From a virus (taxonomy: Duplodnaviria; Caudoviricetes): a stretch of 43,361 nt of DNA. Both the position numbers and the translations under genes were made by a program. The DNA lies in the IMG/VR virus record IMGVR_UViG_3300024249_000014, positions 1-43,361 of that record; one strand, written 5' to 3'. The notes beneath the pieces were generated by a model. The model worked only from the letters and a program-made list of their open reading frames with translations. It was not told the DNA's origin and did not search any database. This document shows, piece after piece, positions 35,754 to 43,238 of the stretch. Position 1 is the first letter of the stretch, and every line of letters starts with the position of its first letter.

Positions 35754-36467
35754 TTAGAAAGGAGAAAATTCAATCTCCTTCAACTTACCGGGCAGCTTGT
35801 CGAGGCCGAGGATCAAGCGATTCGGCTTGACATAACGGTTATCGACCCATTCGCGTGCCTGCTTTTCATCCATGCCCGCAGCAATACCACGCTGGACGAT
35901 TGCTTCAAGCGCTGCCTGCACATCTTGGCCGATTTCCTTCTGTGCAGTAAAGTACTTATAATCGGGATGAGCGGCCTTGCGAGTATTGAAAAGCTCGACA
36001 GTGAGCGAACGATGAATTGCCGCATCCAACGGGTCTTTAGGAGCCTTCGGATCACCGCCGCTACGTCCGCGCTTGGTAATCTCGCCGTCCAAAAGGGCCT
36101 TCATTGCCGAGTCGATAATCTCCTGAACATCGACTTGCTTGCGTTCGCCTTCGGGCTTGGCGATGTGCGTCTGTAGCGGATCATGCTTCATCGCCGCATC
36201 ATAGGCATCGAACGGTGCATTAGCCTTTTTAGCAAGGCTCTGAGCCGTCGCAACGCGGTTCGTGACGTAAGACTTAGCCGCCGAACGCAACAGATGCATA
36301 CGAGCCGCTTCCGGTACAGCACCGAGATTCAGAACAGTCTTTGCCGCTCCTTCAATCTCGATGGGAACGCGATAGGCTTCGGGAATTTCCGGTTGCTCAA
36401 CAGGCGGCGCGGCAGCTTCAAGGCCAGCAGCTTCAAGGGGCTTGGTGGCTTCAAGAACATCAGACAT
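35754..36467 (-). CDS. hypothetical protein (helical, highly expressed-like codon usage)
   Basis: Long ORF, AAGG RBS, ATG at 36467, downstream terminator. Confidence 0.75.
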   Translation of the reverse strand: MSDVLEATKPLEAAGLEAAAPPVEQPEIPEAYRVPIEIEGAAKTVLNLGAVPEAARMHLLRSAAKSYVTNRVATAQSLAKKANAPFDAYDAAMKHDPLQTHIAKPEGERKQVDVQEIIDSAMKALLDGEITKRGRSGGDPKAPKDPLDAAIHRSLTVELFNTRKAAHPDYKYFTAQKEIGQDVQAALEAIVQRGIAAGMDEKQAREWVDNRYVKPNRLILGLDKLPGKLKEIEFSPF

Positions 36468-36524
36468 TAAATTCAACCTTTCTTGCTTGGTGATAACCCG
36501 TCCTAGTCTAAAGGTTTTGCCGGG

Positions 36525-36815
36525 TCAATTGCTTTTTTCATGTTTTGACGATTTTATATGCTCTGCGTCAATCTCTGGCGTTAACCCGAATGAGCGGAGC
36601 CATTTGCGGCAAAAGTCCACCGCTCCGGCATAGTCAGGGCACGATAGGTCATGCGCCCCTATTAATGCTAGTGAGTGGAATATAGATTTGACGGCTTGCC
36701 GTCCATCCCCGCTTTTGGCGATCTTTTGGCAATCAGGGCATAGCGCGATATGCGCGAGGAAGGTTGCCGCCGATTGGACGAACTCTTCATCATCCCGATT
36801 GAAAACGAACACCAT
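36525..36815 (-). CDS. hypothetical protein with Cys/His motifs
   Basis: HIALCPDC..H..SCP; start ATG 36815 after GGGGAC. Confidence 0.6.
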   Translation of the reverse strand: MVFVFNRDDEEFVQSAATFLAHIALCPDCQKIAKSGDGRQAVKSIFHSLALIGAHDLSCPDYAGAVDFCRKWLRSFGLTPEIDAEHIKSSKHEKSN

Positions 36816-36870
36816 TAATAAAGTCCCCGGCAGTGCAGGCAGGGTCGTTAGCACCACCGGGGACTCCTGC

Positions 36871-37038
36871 CTAGCGCTCTCTTTCGAGGTCGCGGCGGGC
36901 TTCATCCATCTTCGCGGCCCATATGGCTTCCATCCGGAGCCAGTGCCGCCGTTCACCGGGATTTGCACCCGCAACAAGCGCTTGGCAAGCCTTGAACGCC
37001 TTGCGAGCCTGTTCAAAATTCTTCAATGCTTCTGACAT
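36871..37038 (-). CDS. small hypothetical protein (55 aa)
   Basis: AGGAGA RBS before ATG 37038. Confidence 0.7.
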   Translation of the reverse strand: MSEALKNFEQARKAFKACQALVAGANPGERRHWLRMEAIWAAKMDEARRDLERER

Positions 37039-37075
37039 AAAATCTCCTGTGCGTGTATCGTGTCTACTATTAATG

Positions 37076-37252
37076 CTAGTCTTTCCTTGCCGCCCTTTCC
37101 TTTGCAAGCCGCTCCCTTTCGCGTTCATGCAAATTGAAAACATACTCCTTTTTCATATGTTCGTCAATGATGTATTCTCCATGCTCATCTTCGCGGACCC
37201 ATTTGTTAAATCCAGCAAGCGAACGGATGCCTTCGATGTATTGAAATGCCAT
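37076..37252 (-). CDS. small charged protein (58 aa, not in ORF track)
   Basis: MAFQYIEGIRSLAGFNKWVRE..AARKD*; GGAGG RBS, TAATG coupling. Confidence 0.7.
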   Translation of the reverse strand: MAFQYIEGIRSLAGFNKWVREDEHGEYIIDEHMKKEYVFNLHERERERLAKERAARKD

Positions 37253-37497
37253 TAATGCCTCCCTTTTGTAAACGGAATTGCGGACATAACCTTATCAAGC
37301 ACGTTTTCGCTAATAAGGTTCATCGCCTCTTCTGCCAAGTCCCTATGCTGGCCTACGATTTTTAGAAGCACGATTGTATTGATAAAAACCAGCATTTCTG
37401 CGCATTGCTCCGGGGAGTCTGATAATTCGACGAGAATTTGGGCAACCTTTGACACGGCTTCCATTTTCTCCGGATCGTCTTGTAGTGTGTAATCCAT
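37252..37497 (-). CDS. hypothetical protein
   Basis: GAGGA RBS; acidic helical 81 aa. Confidence 0.7.
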   Translation of the reverse strand: MDYTLQDDPEKMEAVSKVAQILVELSDSPEQCAEMLVFINTIVLLKIVGQHRDLAEEAMNLISENVLDKVMSAIPFTKGRH

Positions 37498-37560
37498 TAA
37501 TAGTCCTCTATATGATAAACAGGATTATTACAATCACTATAATCCACCAGCTAATAAACA

Positions 37561-37878
37561 TTACAATTTCCTAAAATCTTCCTCTGTATCGCAAGCGATA
37601 ATCACGACATTTCCGTGCAAGGCGTCATCCGTTGTTTTCGGATATTTACGCAGAAACAGCTTCCACATCGTATCCGCAACCGGGTTCCAATCGCATTCCC
37701 ATTTGCCGTGTTCGTTGCAGATAACCCAAGCGCGCTTGCCTTCGTGCTCATCCCAAAACGGCACGGATTCTATGTCGCCGCCGACCCAATCGCGCAACAT
37801 GCTAAGCGGTGGAACATCCTTATACCAAAAGTCCGCCGTGTCGCCGTTGGTTTCGATCACTGTGCAGGTGTAAGCCAT
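37561..37878 (-). CDS. DUF3846-like protein
   Basis: LRDWVGGDIESV..ICNEHGK..NPVA..LHGNVVI. Confidence 0.75.
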   Translation of the reverse strand: MAYTCTVIETNGDTADFWYKDVPPLSMLRDWVGGDIESVPFWDEHEGKRAWVICNEHGKWECDWNPVADTMWKLFLRKYPKTTDDALHGNVVIIACDTEEDFRKL

Positions 37879-37909
37879 TTTGTTTCGACCCTTCGTTGTC
37901 TGTGATTCA

Positions 37910-37938
37910 GTTCTAAAGCTTTAACCACCCCTTGTCAA
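37910..37938 (-). promoter_or_regulatory. sigma70-like promoter
   Basis: TTGACA-17-TAGAAC upstream of 37878. Confidence 0.55.
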
Positions 37939-37986
37939 CATCCTAATTTCGATTTTTGATTCATTGGCCGCTTCCTATATAATTTT

Positions 37987-38580
37987 CTATGCTGGCAAAA
38001 GGCCCCCACGCGCATTAATCCTATATGGAAACTTGATCGCGTCCAGCAGTTGCAGGGGCAGGCCGATAGGCAAGCTCGGTGGATCATTCTTTAGGAAATG
38101 CCGCTTCCATCCATGCTTGCGAGCGATTGCCATTAATAGCGCCCTAGGGATTGCCCTAGTGTCGTGCGTGCCATTGGCTGCATAGTACGTCTCTATAGGC
38201 CAAGAGATCAGGCGAGAGTCTGCCGCCTCATAGGAGCTAGGGCTTAGCACGCGCCCCTTGTGTTCCGTCCAGCAATGCAGGAACGGCACAGGGGACGATA
38301 GAGGGTTAAGCCCTATCTCTTCCTCAGTCGCCGCACGGTGCGTCCCTATGACAAGCCGCAAGCTTGGCACGTCCATGCATAGCGCGGTGGAGCGGTGGAA
38401 ACAGAGTCCCCCTGCCCCTGTCTTGCTGGCAAAGTGGAGGACGGCCCATAAATGGGGCAAGCGCCGCTCTATCTCGTCTTTCGTATATTCGACTCGCATT
38501 GTCATTGCCTCGTTTCCTGCCAGAATGCCAGCGTTGCCAATCTCAGCCTCTCTCAGCCGTTTTGCCCTGTCCAGATACAT
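37987..38580 (-). CDS. hypothetical protein, possible Cys-His (transglutaminase/papain-like) enzyme
   Basis: GLCFHRS ... LHCWTE motifs; AAGGGG RBS. Confidence 0.6.
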   Translation of the reverse strand: MYLDRAKRLREAEIGNAGILAGNEAMTMRVEYTKDEIERRLPHLWAVLHFASKTGAGGLCFHRSTALCMDVPSLRLVIGTHRAATEEEIGLNPLSSPVPFLHCWTEHKGRVLSPSSYEAADSRLISWPIETYYAANGTHDTRAIPRALLMAIARKHGWKRHFLKNDPPSLPIGLPLQLLDAIKFPYRINARGGLLPA

Positions 38581-38662
38581 ACGGGTTGCCCCTTGTCGGT
38601 TTCGGCGCTGAGAAGCCCGGAGATTCGGAAAGCCGGACGTAATAAAATTACGTGCATAGGGT

Positions 38663-38694
38663 AAAGAAAAACCCGGCTACTGCTAGCCGGGTTT
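38663..38694 (-). terminator. intrinsic terminator
   Basis: 11-bp stem AAACCCGGCTA/TAGCCGGGTTT followed on the - strand by TTCTTT, right after the stop of 38702..39526. Confidence 0.8.
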
Positions 38695-38701
38695 CAGGGG
38701 T

Positions 38702-39526
38702 TCAAGCTAGCTCGGTTTCAGGTTCAATCCCTAAAGCCTCATTAATAGCGGTGCGGACATAGGCCAAAGCGCTTTCGTAATCCTTGGCAATCCTGTTAGC
38801 TTTGCTCATACCGTTCAGAATGATATAATCATCGCTTGGCAAATCACTCTCTAGCGTATTGCCGGATATGCCATAGCCCATTTGCTCCCGCACGTTTGTC
38901 CGCTCCACCAGCGCAAACCCTAAGCGCCGAAAGCAGGCAGGGTGCCCTATGCTGAATGCCATATCGGCAATCGACATAGGCTCACTAGCTTTCTTAACTG
39001 TCCAGCTATGGCAAATGCGAGTGTCGCTTTCATCCATGTTTATGGACATTGCCGCTATGACTTCACAGCGCCGTCCAGATGATTCCATTTCCTGAATGTA
39101 GCGCGCGATTGCTAGGCCATAGTTTGCCATATTTTCGGCATTGACAAAGGCATTGGCAGAAACGGCAACACAAACCTTAACGATAGGCTTAGCGCCCTCG
39201 TTTGGCGTGTTGCGGATCATATGCCGGATAGACCCGGCTGCAAAGCGTGGAGCGCTAGGGCGCGATCCCGCTACAGAATAAGTCCGCTTAGGCGCGCTGG
39301 CAATCTGAGGCAGTTTCTCTAGCGCCGTTGCCATACGCTCGGTACCGTCATGCCAGCCAGTCTTAGCTAGCTCTAGCGCTTTGTCATAGCCAGCATTCAA
39401 GTCCCAATCCATCTTCGGGGGATTAACATTGTCTTGGCTGGACTTAGCTCGCCAGATAGGGCGCGCCATGCTGATATATTGAGTTAGGCTGAAAAGGTTA
39501 TCGTGATGCATGTTAATCTGTTTCAT
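38702..39526 (-). CDS. VWA-like partner of the MoxR/CobS-type ATPase
   Basis: Directly downstream of the AAA gene; alpha/beta pattern with HPACFRRLGF motif; no canonical DxSxS. Confidence 0.6.
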   Translation of the reverse strand: MKQINMHHDNLFSLTQYISMARPIWRAKSSQDNVNPPKMDWDLNAGYDKALELAKTGWHDGTERMATALEKLPQIASAPKRTYSVAGSRPSAPRFAAGSIRHMIRNTPNEGAKPIVKVCVAVSANAFVNAENMANYGLAIARYIQEMESSGRRCEVIAAMSINMDESDTRICHSWTVKKASEPMSIADMAFSIGHPACFRRLGFALVERTNVREQMGYGISGNTLESDLPSDDYIILNGMSKANRIAKDYESALAYVRTAINEALGIEPETELA

Positions 39527-39577
39527 CGAATCGCTCCTAGTGCGTTGGGGCAGGGTTATCGCCTGCCCCTTGCATTG

Positions 39578-40768
39578 TCAAACCATATAATCCGACATCC
39601 GCACGACAGCTTCAAGCTTTGCCCTATCGCCGCTATTAATACCCTTCCAGATTGCTCCTTCCGCGCAATCTTCCCAAGTCCAGCCCATTGCTAACATATC
39701 GCAGCCATTGCGACTAGCGCGCGGTGAGAACAAGTGCAACACTTTCAAGCGCTGTGCTGCATCGCGCAATGCGCGCACATAGCCGAGCCATGCTTTATCA
39801 GGCGATATCGCTTCCTCAATTGTTGAGTCGTAATCCATCCGGACAAACCAAAAGCGCTCTAGCGTTGCAGCGTCGATTTGCTGCCGTCCAACATACTGCG
39901 CATCCGCTCCCGTTCCATACGTATTGCCAGCGCCTAGCGCCACAAAATTCGGATGCTTGGAAACGAGTCCATCGGGGAAGGGGCAAACGCCGTTTTCTAG
40001 TGCGGCATTAAAGGCGGTTAGTGCGGCAGCGTCGCTTGCGTCCATTTCATCCAGAAGAAAAACACCGCCATGCTCGTATGCATCGCGGAAGGGAGTCCGG
40101 ACATAGTTTCCGGGCTTTTCCGGATTCATGCTTGGAGAAATGAACCCCATAAGCGCAAATTCATCAGCTACCTTTGCAGCCATATAGAATTGACGGTTAA
40201 ACCCTTTGGCAATCTGCATCGCCAGAGTCGTCTTGCCGGTACCGGCTGGCCCGACGAGATAGGGATTCTTTCCAGCAACGCACAATTCAAAAACCTTTTC
40301 GAAGTCCTTATGCGCGCCGTCAATTTCTACGTCCGGCTTATCCGGCATGACAATTTCAAGCTTGCGCGCGGTGCGCAATTCCAGTTCCTTAACCCGATGC
40401 TCGGCTGCATCTAGCTGAGATTTCATCGCCTCTAGCTGTGCCATAAGCGGCGCTAGATCGGTTGCAGGGGCACCCATAGGGGCAGGGGCAGGAACGTCGT
40501 TTGCATCCGTCCAGCGCTTCGACTCGGCTAGATCAATCGCATTCTGAGGCGAGCGATTAGCGGCAAAGAACAGCGCGATTAGCTCATGCGGGCGAAGCTT
40601 GAAAGCGGTATTAAAGGGCACGCCGATTGCTTCCGCAAGCTTGCGCGCTTCGGTGAGCATTTCAACGCTCCACCGCGCTTCGGCAGGGGCAGGATTGCGT
40701 CCGATGGTTATGGATTTGACGGCATCGACTGCGGACGCAATCGCGGCAAAGCGAGTCTCTGAGTGCAT
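39578..40768 (-). CDS. MoxR/CobS-like AAA+ ATPase
   Basis: Walker A GPAGTGKT, Walker B LLDEMD, AGNTYG, IDAATLERF, FSPRAS. Confidence 0.9.
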   Translation of the reverse strand: MHSETRFAAIASAVDAVKSITIGRNPAPAEARWSVEMLTEARKLAEAIGVPFNTAFKLRPHELIALFFAANRSPQNAIDLAESKRWTDANDVPAPAPMGAPATDLAPLMAQLEAMKSQLDAAEHRVKELELRTARKLEIVMPDKPDVEIDGAHKDFEKVFELCVAGKNPYLVGPAGTGKTTLAMQIAKGFNRQFYMAAKVADEFALMGFISPSMNPEKPGNYVRTPFRDAYEHGGVFLLDEMDASDAAALTAFNAALENGVCPFPDGLVSKHPNFVALGAGNTYGTGADAQYVGRQQIDAATLERFWFVRMDYDSTIEEAISPDKAWLGYVRALRDAAQRLKVLHLFSPRASRNGCDMLAMGWTWEDCAEGAIWKGINSGDRAKLEAVVRMSDYMV

Positions 40769-40827
40769 GTTAAAATTCCCTAGTGCAGTGTCGTGTCCAG
40801 CGCCTTGCTGGTGAATTATCCTTTAAT

Positions 40828-40853
40828 GGGCCTTGCACTGATTCGCAAGGCCC
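40828..40853. other. intergenic hairpin
   Basis: GGGCCTTGC/GCAAGGCCC 9-bp stem after the SprT-like gene stop; a similar GGGGCAGG/CCTGCCCC stem lies at 39547-39570. Confidence 0.5.
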
Positions 40854-40862
40854 AAGCGCGCA

Positions 40863-41501
40863 TTAATCTCCCCAATGCGCTATTAATATGCCGTCGCATT
40901 CAGGGGCAGGGCAATTTAGGTGTGTGTGCGGTTGGATATGCTTTTTACTAGCACGCGCCAGCCATCCGCAATCCGGGCATTCAACCTTGATACCCCAAGT
41001 AGGGACAGTTTTCTTCTGTTTGAGCAACGCCGCGCTGATCTCTGAATAGGGCATTGGCCCTAGGGCGTCCAGCATCGGGCTTGCCCAAGCATACCAGTCT
41101 GCGCCCGCATAGGTTGCCTCACAGCGCCCTTCAAGGCCAAGAATTTTCTTGGCTAGCTTGCCAAACGTTTTTTGATCATGCCCCCTGTCTGCAAGGTTAT
41201 AGTCCAGCGCCGCATGAACTAGCTCGTGAGTCAAGGTTGACGCGATGGTTGATTCGCCGACCGTCGCACCGTCTTTCAAAATGGGGTTTATGAAAATCTC
41301 GTAATGAGAGTCGGTGGAAGCCTCAGGGTAAACAATCACGCCGATCTCAGAAGAGCGTATGCCATTAATGGGGAACCCGATGCTGGCGCGGATATTCAGG
41401 GGCAAGGAATACCCTGCCGCGTCGAAAAAGGGACGGTGCGCCATGACACAAGCGTTCAGCCATTGCTCGCGCGTTTCGTAATTGGAATTGAGACCATGCA
41501 T
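40863..41501 (-). CDS. SprT-like zinc metalloprotease domain protein with C-terminal Zn ribbon
   Basis: THELVH (HExxH) plus downstream GH; CPDCG..CPAPEC; ATG 41501 after AGGAG. Confidence 0.8.
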   Translation of the reverse strand: MHGLNSNYETREQWLNACVMAHRPFFDAAGYSLPLNIRASIGFPINGIRSSEIGVIVYPEASTDSHYEIFINPILKDGATVGESTIASTLTHELVHAALDYNLADRGHDQKTFGKLAKKILGLEGRCEATYAGADWYAWASPMLDALGPMPYSEISAALLKQKKTVPTWGIKVECPDCGWLARASKKHIQPHTHLNCPAPECDGILIAHWGD

Positions 41502-41522
41502 TTGATTTCTCCTAGTGATTCG
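41499..41522 (-). repeat. 24-bp gene-leader repeat (copy 1)
   Basis: CGAATCACTAGGAGAAA[T/C]CAAATG, 23/24 identical to 41920-41943; contains RBS and start codon. Confidence 0.8.
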
Positions 41523-41535
41523 TTGCTGATAAATT

Positions 41536-41564
41536 TTAGTAGGCTTTAATGCCCCTACTGTCAA
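41536..41564 (-). promoter_or_regulatory. sigma70-like promoter
   Basis: TTGACA-17-TACTAA upstream of the SprT-like gene. Confidence 0.55.
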
Positions 41565-41590
41565 CACGACAATAGGGGATAAAAAACCGA

Positions 41591-41662
41591 CTAGGCGTTT
41601 CTCAGAATCTCCCGCAACAAAAGCGCATTGGCTGCTAGCAGTACATATAGCGTGAAAAGCAT
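41591..41662 (-). CDS. possible 23-aa hydrophobic peptide
   Basis: MLFTLYVLLAANALLLREILRNA*; AGGA RBS, 1 nt after the upstream stop. Confidence 0.4.
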   Translation of the reverse strand: MLFTLYVLLAANALLLREILRNA

Positions 41663-41663
41663 T

Positions 41664-41741
41664 TTAGGCGTTTCCTGTTACATGAACATAAAAAAGGAAA
41701 GCTAGAGTTACTAGCAGGATGATCAGAAGCGCGATTGCCAT
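41664..41741 (-). CDS. possible 25-aa single-TM peptide
   Basis: MAIALLIILLVTLAFLFYVHVTGNA*; AGGGGA RBS, 1 nt after the upstream stop. Confidence 0.45.
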   Translation of the reverse strand: MAIALLIILLVTLAFLFYVHVTGNA

Positions 41742-41742
41742 T

Positions 41743-41922
41743 TTATTCCCCTTTGCAAGCTGCGATGAAACGCGCTGGATCAAAACCCGGATTGAATTGC
41801 TCTAGTGTTGCAGCTAGTGCGCCTATATCAACCAACCATTGCGAATGTTGCTGGATTGGTGCGCCAAGCGGGCGCGTTGTATTCATCGCCTTAGCGATTG
41901 CGTTGAAATGTTTCTTGCTCAT
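41743..41922 (-). CDS. small conserved phage early protein (59 aa, not in ORF track)
   Basis: MSKKHFNAIA..FNPGFDPARFIAAC; widespread phage NPxFD..RF..AC type; AGGAG RBS. Confidence 0.8.
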   Translation of the reverse strand: MSKKHFNAIAKAMNTTRPLGAPIQQHSQWLVDIGALAATLEQFNPGFDPARFIAACKGE

Positions 41923-41943
41923 TTGGTTTCTCCTAGTGATTCG
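41920..41943 (-). repeat. 24-bp gene-leader repeat (copy 2)
   Basis: Near-identical to 41499-41522. Confidence 0.8.
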
Positions 41944-41958
41944 CTGTCTGTGCCCTAG

Positions 41959-41987
41959 CTATTAATGGCATAGCTGACTCGGGTCAA
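41959..41987 (-). promoter_or_regulatory. sigma70-like promoter whose -10 overlaps a CTATTAATG motif
   Basis: TTGACC-17-TAATAG. Confidence 0.45.
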
Positions 41988-42430
41988 GCGCTGATTTGCG
42001 ATTTAATTCCGAATCCTGCCAAGGGGTTTATAAAGCTTTTGCGCAAGCGTTCCGGCATTGTGCCGTCACGTATGGCAGCTTTCGCATTTTCGTCTAGGGG
42101 ATAGCCGAGAGGATAGCCGTATGTGTCGCCATATGCAAAGCAACCGAGATTAAACAGGCGATTGTCTAGCCGGTTGCCTGAACGATGATATATGTCTGAT
42201 CGGTACTCGGTGCCTGTTGCTAGGCTATATGCCGCACGGTGCGCGTATATTTTTTCACCGTCTATTATTCCCCGCATATAGCCGTTTTTGTCGTGATAGG
42301 TGAGCGCTGGACGATTAGCCCACCTAGCTTGCCAGCTATCAGGCATTTCTGGCCTAGGTTTAAAGGTTAATAGTCCAGTATTTACATTATAGTTTAAATG
42401 ATCAGATAGGAAATCCCAAGTAACCGGCAT
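41984..42430 (-). CDS. HNH endonuclease-like protein
   Basis: LNYNVNTGLLTF, NGYMRG..IYAHRAAY, HRSGNRLDNRLFNL; ATG 42430 after AAGGA. Confidence 0.75.
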   Translation of the reverse strand: MPVTWDFLSDHLNYNVNTGLLTFKPRPEMPDSWQARWANRPALTYHDKNGYMRGIIDGEKIYAHRAAYSLATGTEYRSDIYHRSGNRLDNRLFNLGCFAYGDTYGYPLGYPLDENAKAAIRDGTMPERLRKSFINPLAGFGIKSQISA

Positions 42431-42454
42431 TGTATTATCCTTTAATGGGGTCAA

Positions 42455-43238
42455 ATGACTAGAGCTAGTTCCGTTTTGGTCTAGTATTGGCTAGTATAGT
42501 TCGTAGGATTTGCCCCTGTCAATACCCGGAGATTTTTCAGCTAAGTCATTGAAATTGTTCGAGACCATAGGAGACCTTAGGATTTTCGGCATATAGTACC
42601 GGCATTTTAATAATAACAATATGGATGCTCATTATAAGCACTGCTATTAGTATTATTATAAGCAGAGGTCGCGCGCCCGCTACGCGCGTGTAGGGCTAAA
42701 ATTTTCCTTCCTAATCAATAGGTTACGAGCCAAAAATCTAGTGGCTAGATCGGGGTTATCTCCTATCCTGAGTAGTGACAAATGCCAGTCAGATGCCATC
42801 CGTCACGGTGAGGGGACTATTAATGACCCTAATCCTTTATGAATATTGAACTATTAATAGAACTATATGCGGCAGGGGTAGCACACGCCCATTATGGTGT
42901 TAGAGATTATCCAATGATTTCAATGACTTAGATTTTCAAGATTGATAATGTGCATTATGTTAAATCGAGGTATGATATAACATATCATCGAGTAACCCCT
43001 TGAAAACAAAGGCTTTCTCGGAAAATCGGATGGGGGGAGGGTGCCACCGGGCGCAACGGCAGGGCCGGTCGGCGTCTGCATCATGCGCGCTCACGCACAA
43101 AAGTTACAAAAACGGTCAGAGTTATTAAATCTTAAATGTAAAAAACACCCGTACTAGGCAGTACGGTAATTTTGAGTCCCAGTAAAGCTTTACATAAACA
43201 AGCCATATTAATACCCTAACTCCCTAGGAAGGTGAACT
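42455..43238. other. divergent non-coding control region (candidate origin, packaging start or genome terminus)
   Basis: ~780 bp, AT-rich, no ORF of 60 aa or more, IHF-like sites and a 15-bp inverted repeat. Confidence 0.55.
42493..42522 (-). promoter_or_regulatory. strong sigma70-like early promoter
   Basis: TTGACA-18-TATACT at the head of the - strand arm. Confidence 0.7.

Noticed and set aside
22260-41965. + strand ORFs over the replication and early arm (e.g. 35685-36176, 32468-32908)
   Set aside because: Antisense shadows without recognisable features
339-43213. Strict co-orientation of the CTATTAATG motif with transcription
   Set aside because: Only a partial skew by eye; both orientations and full palindromes occur in the - arm
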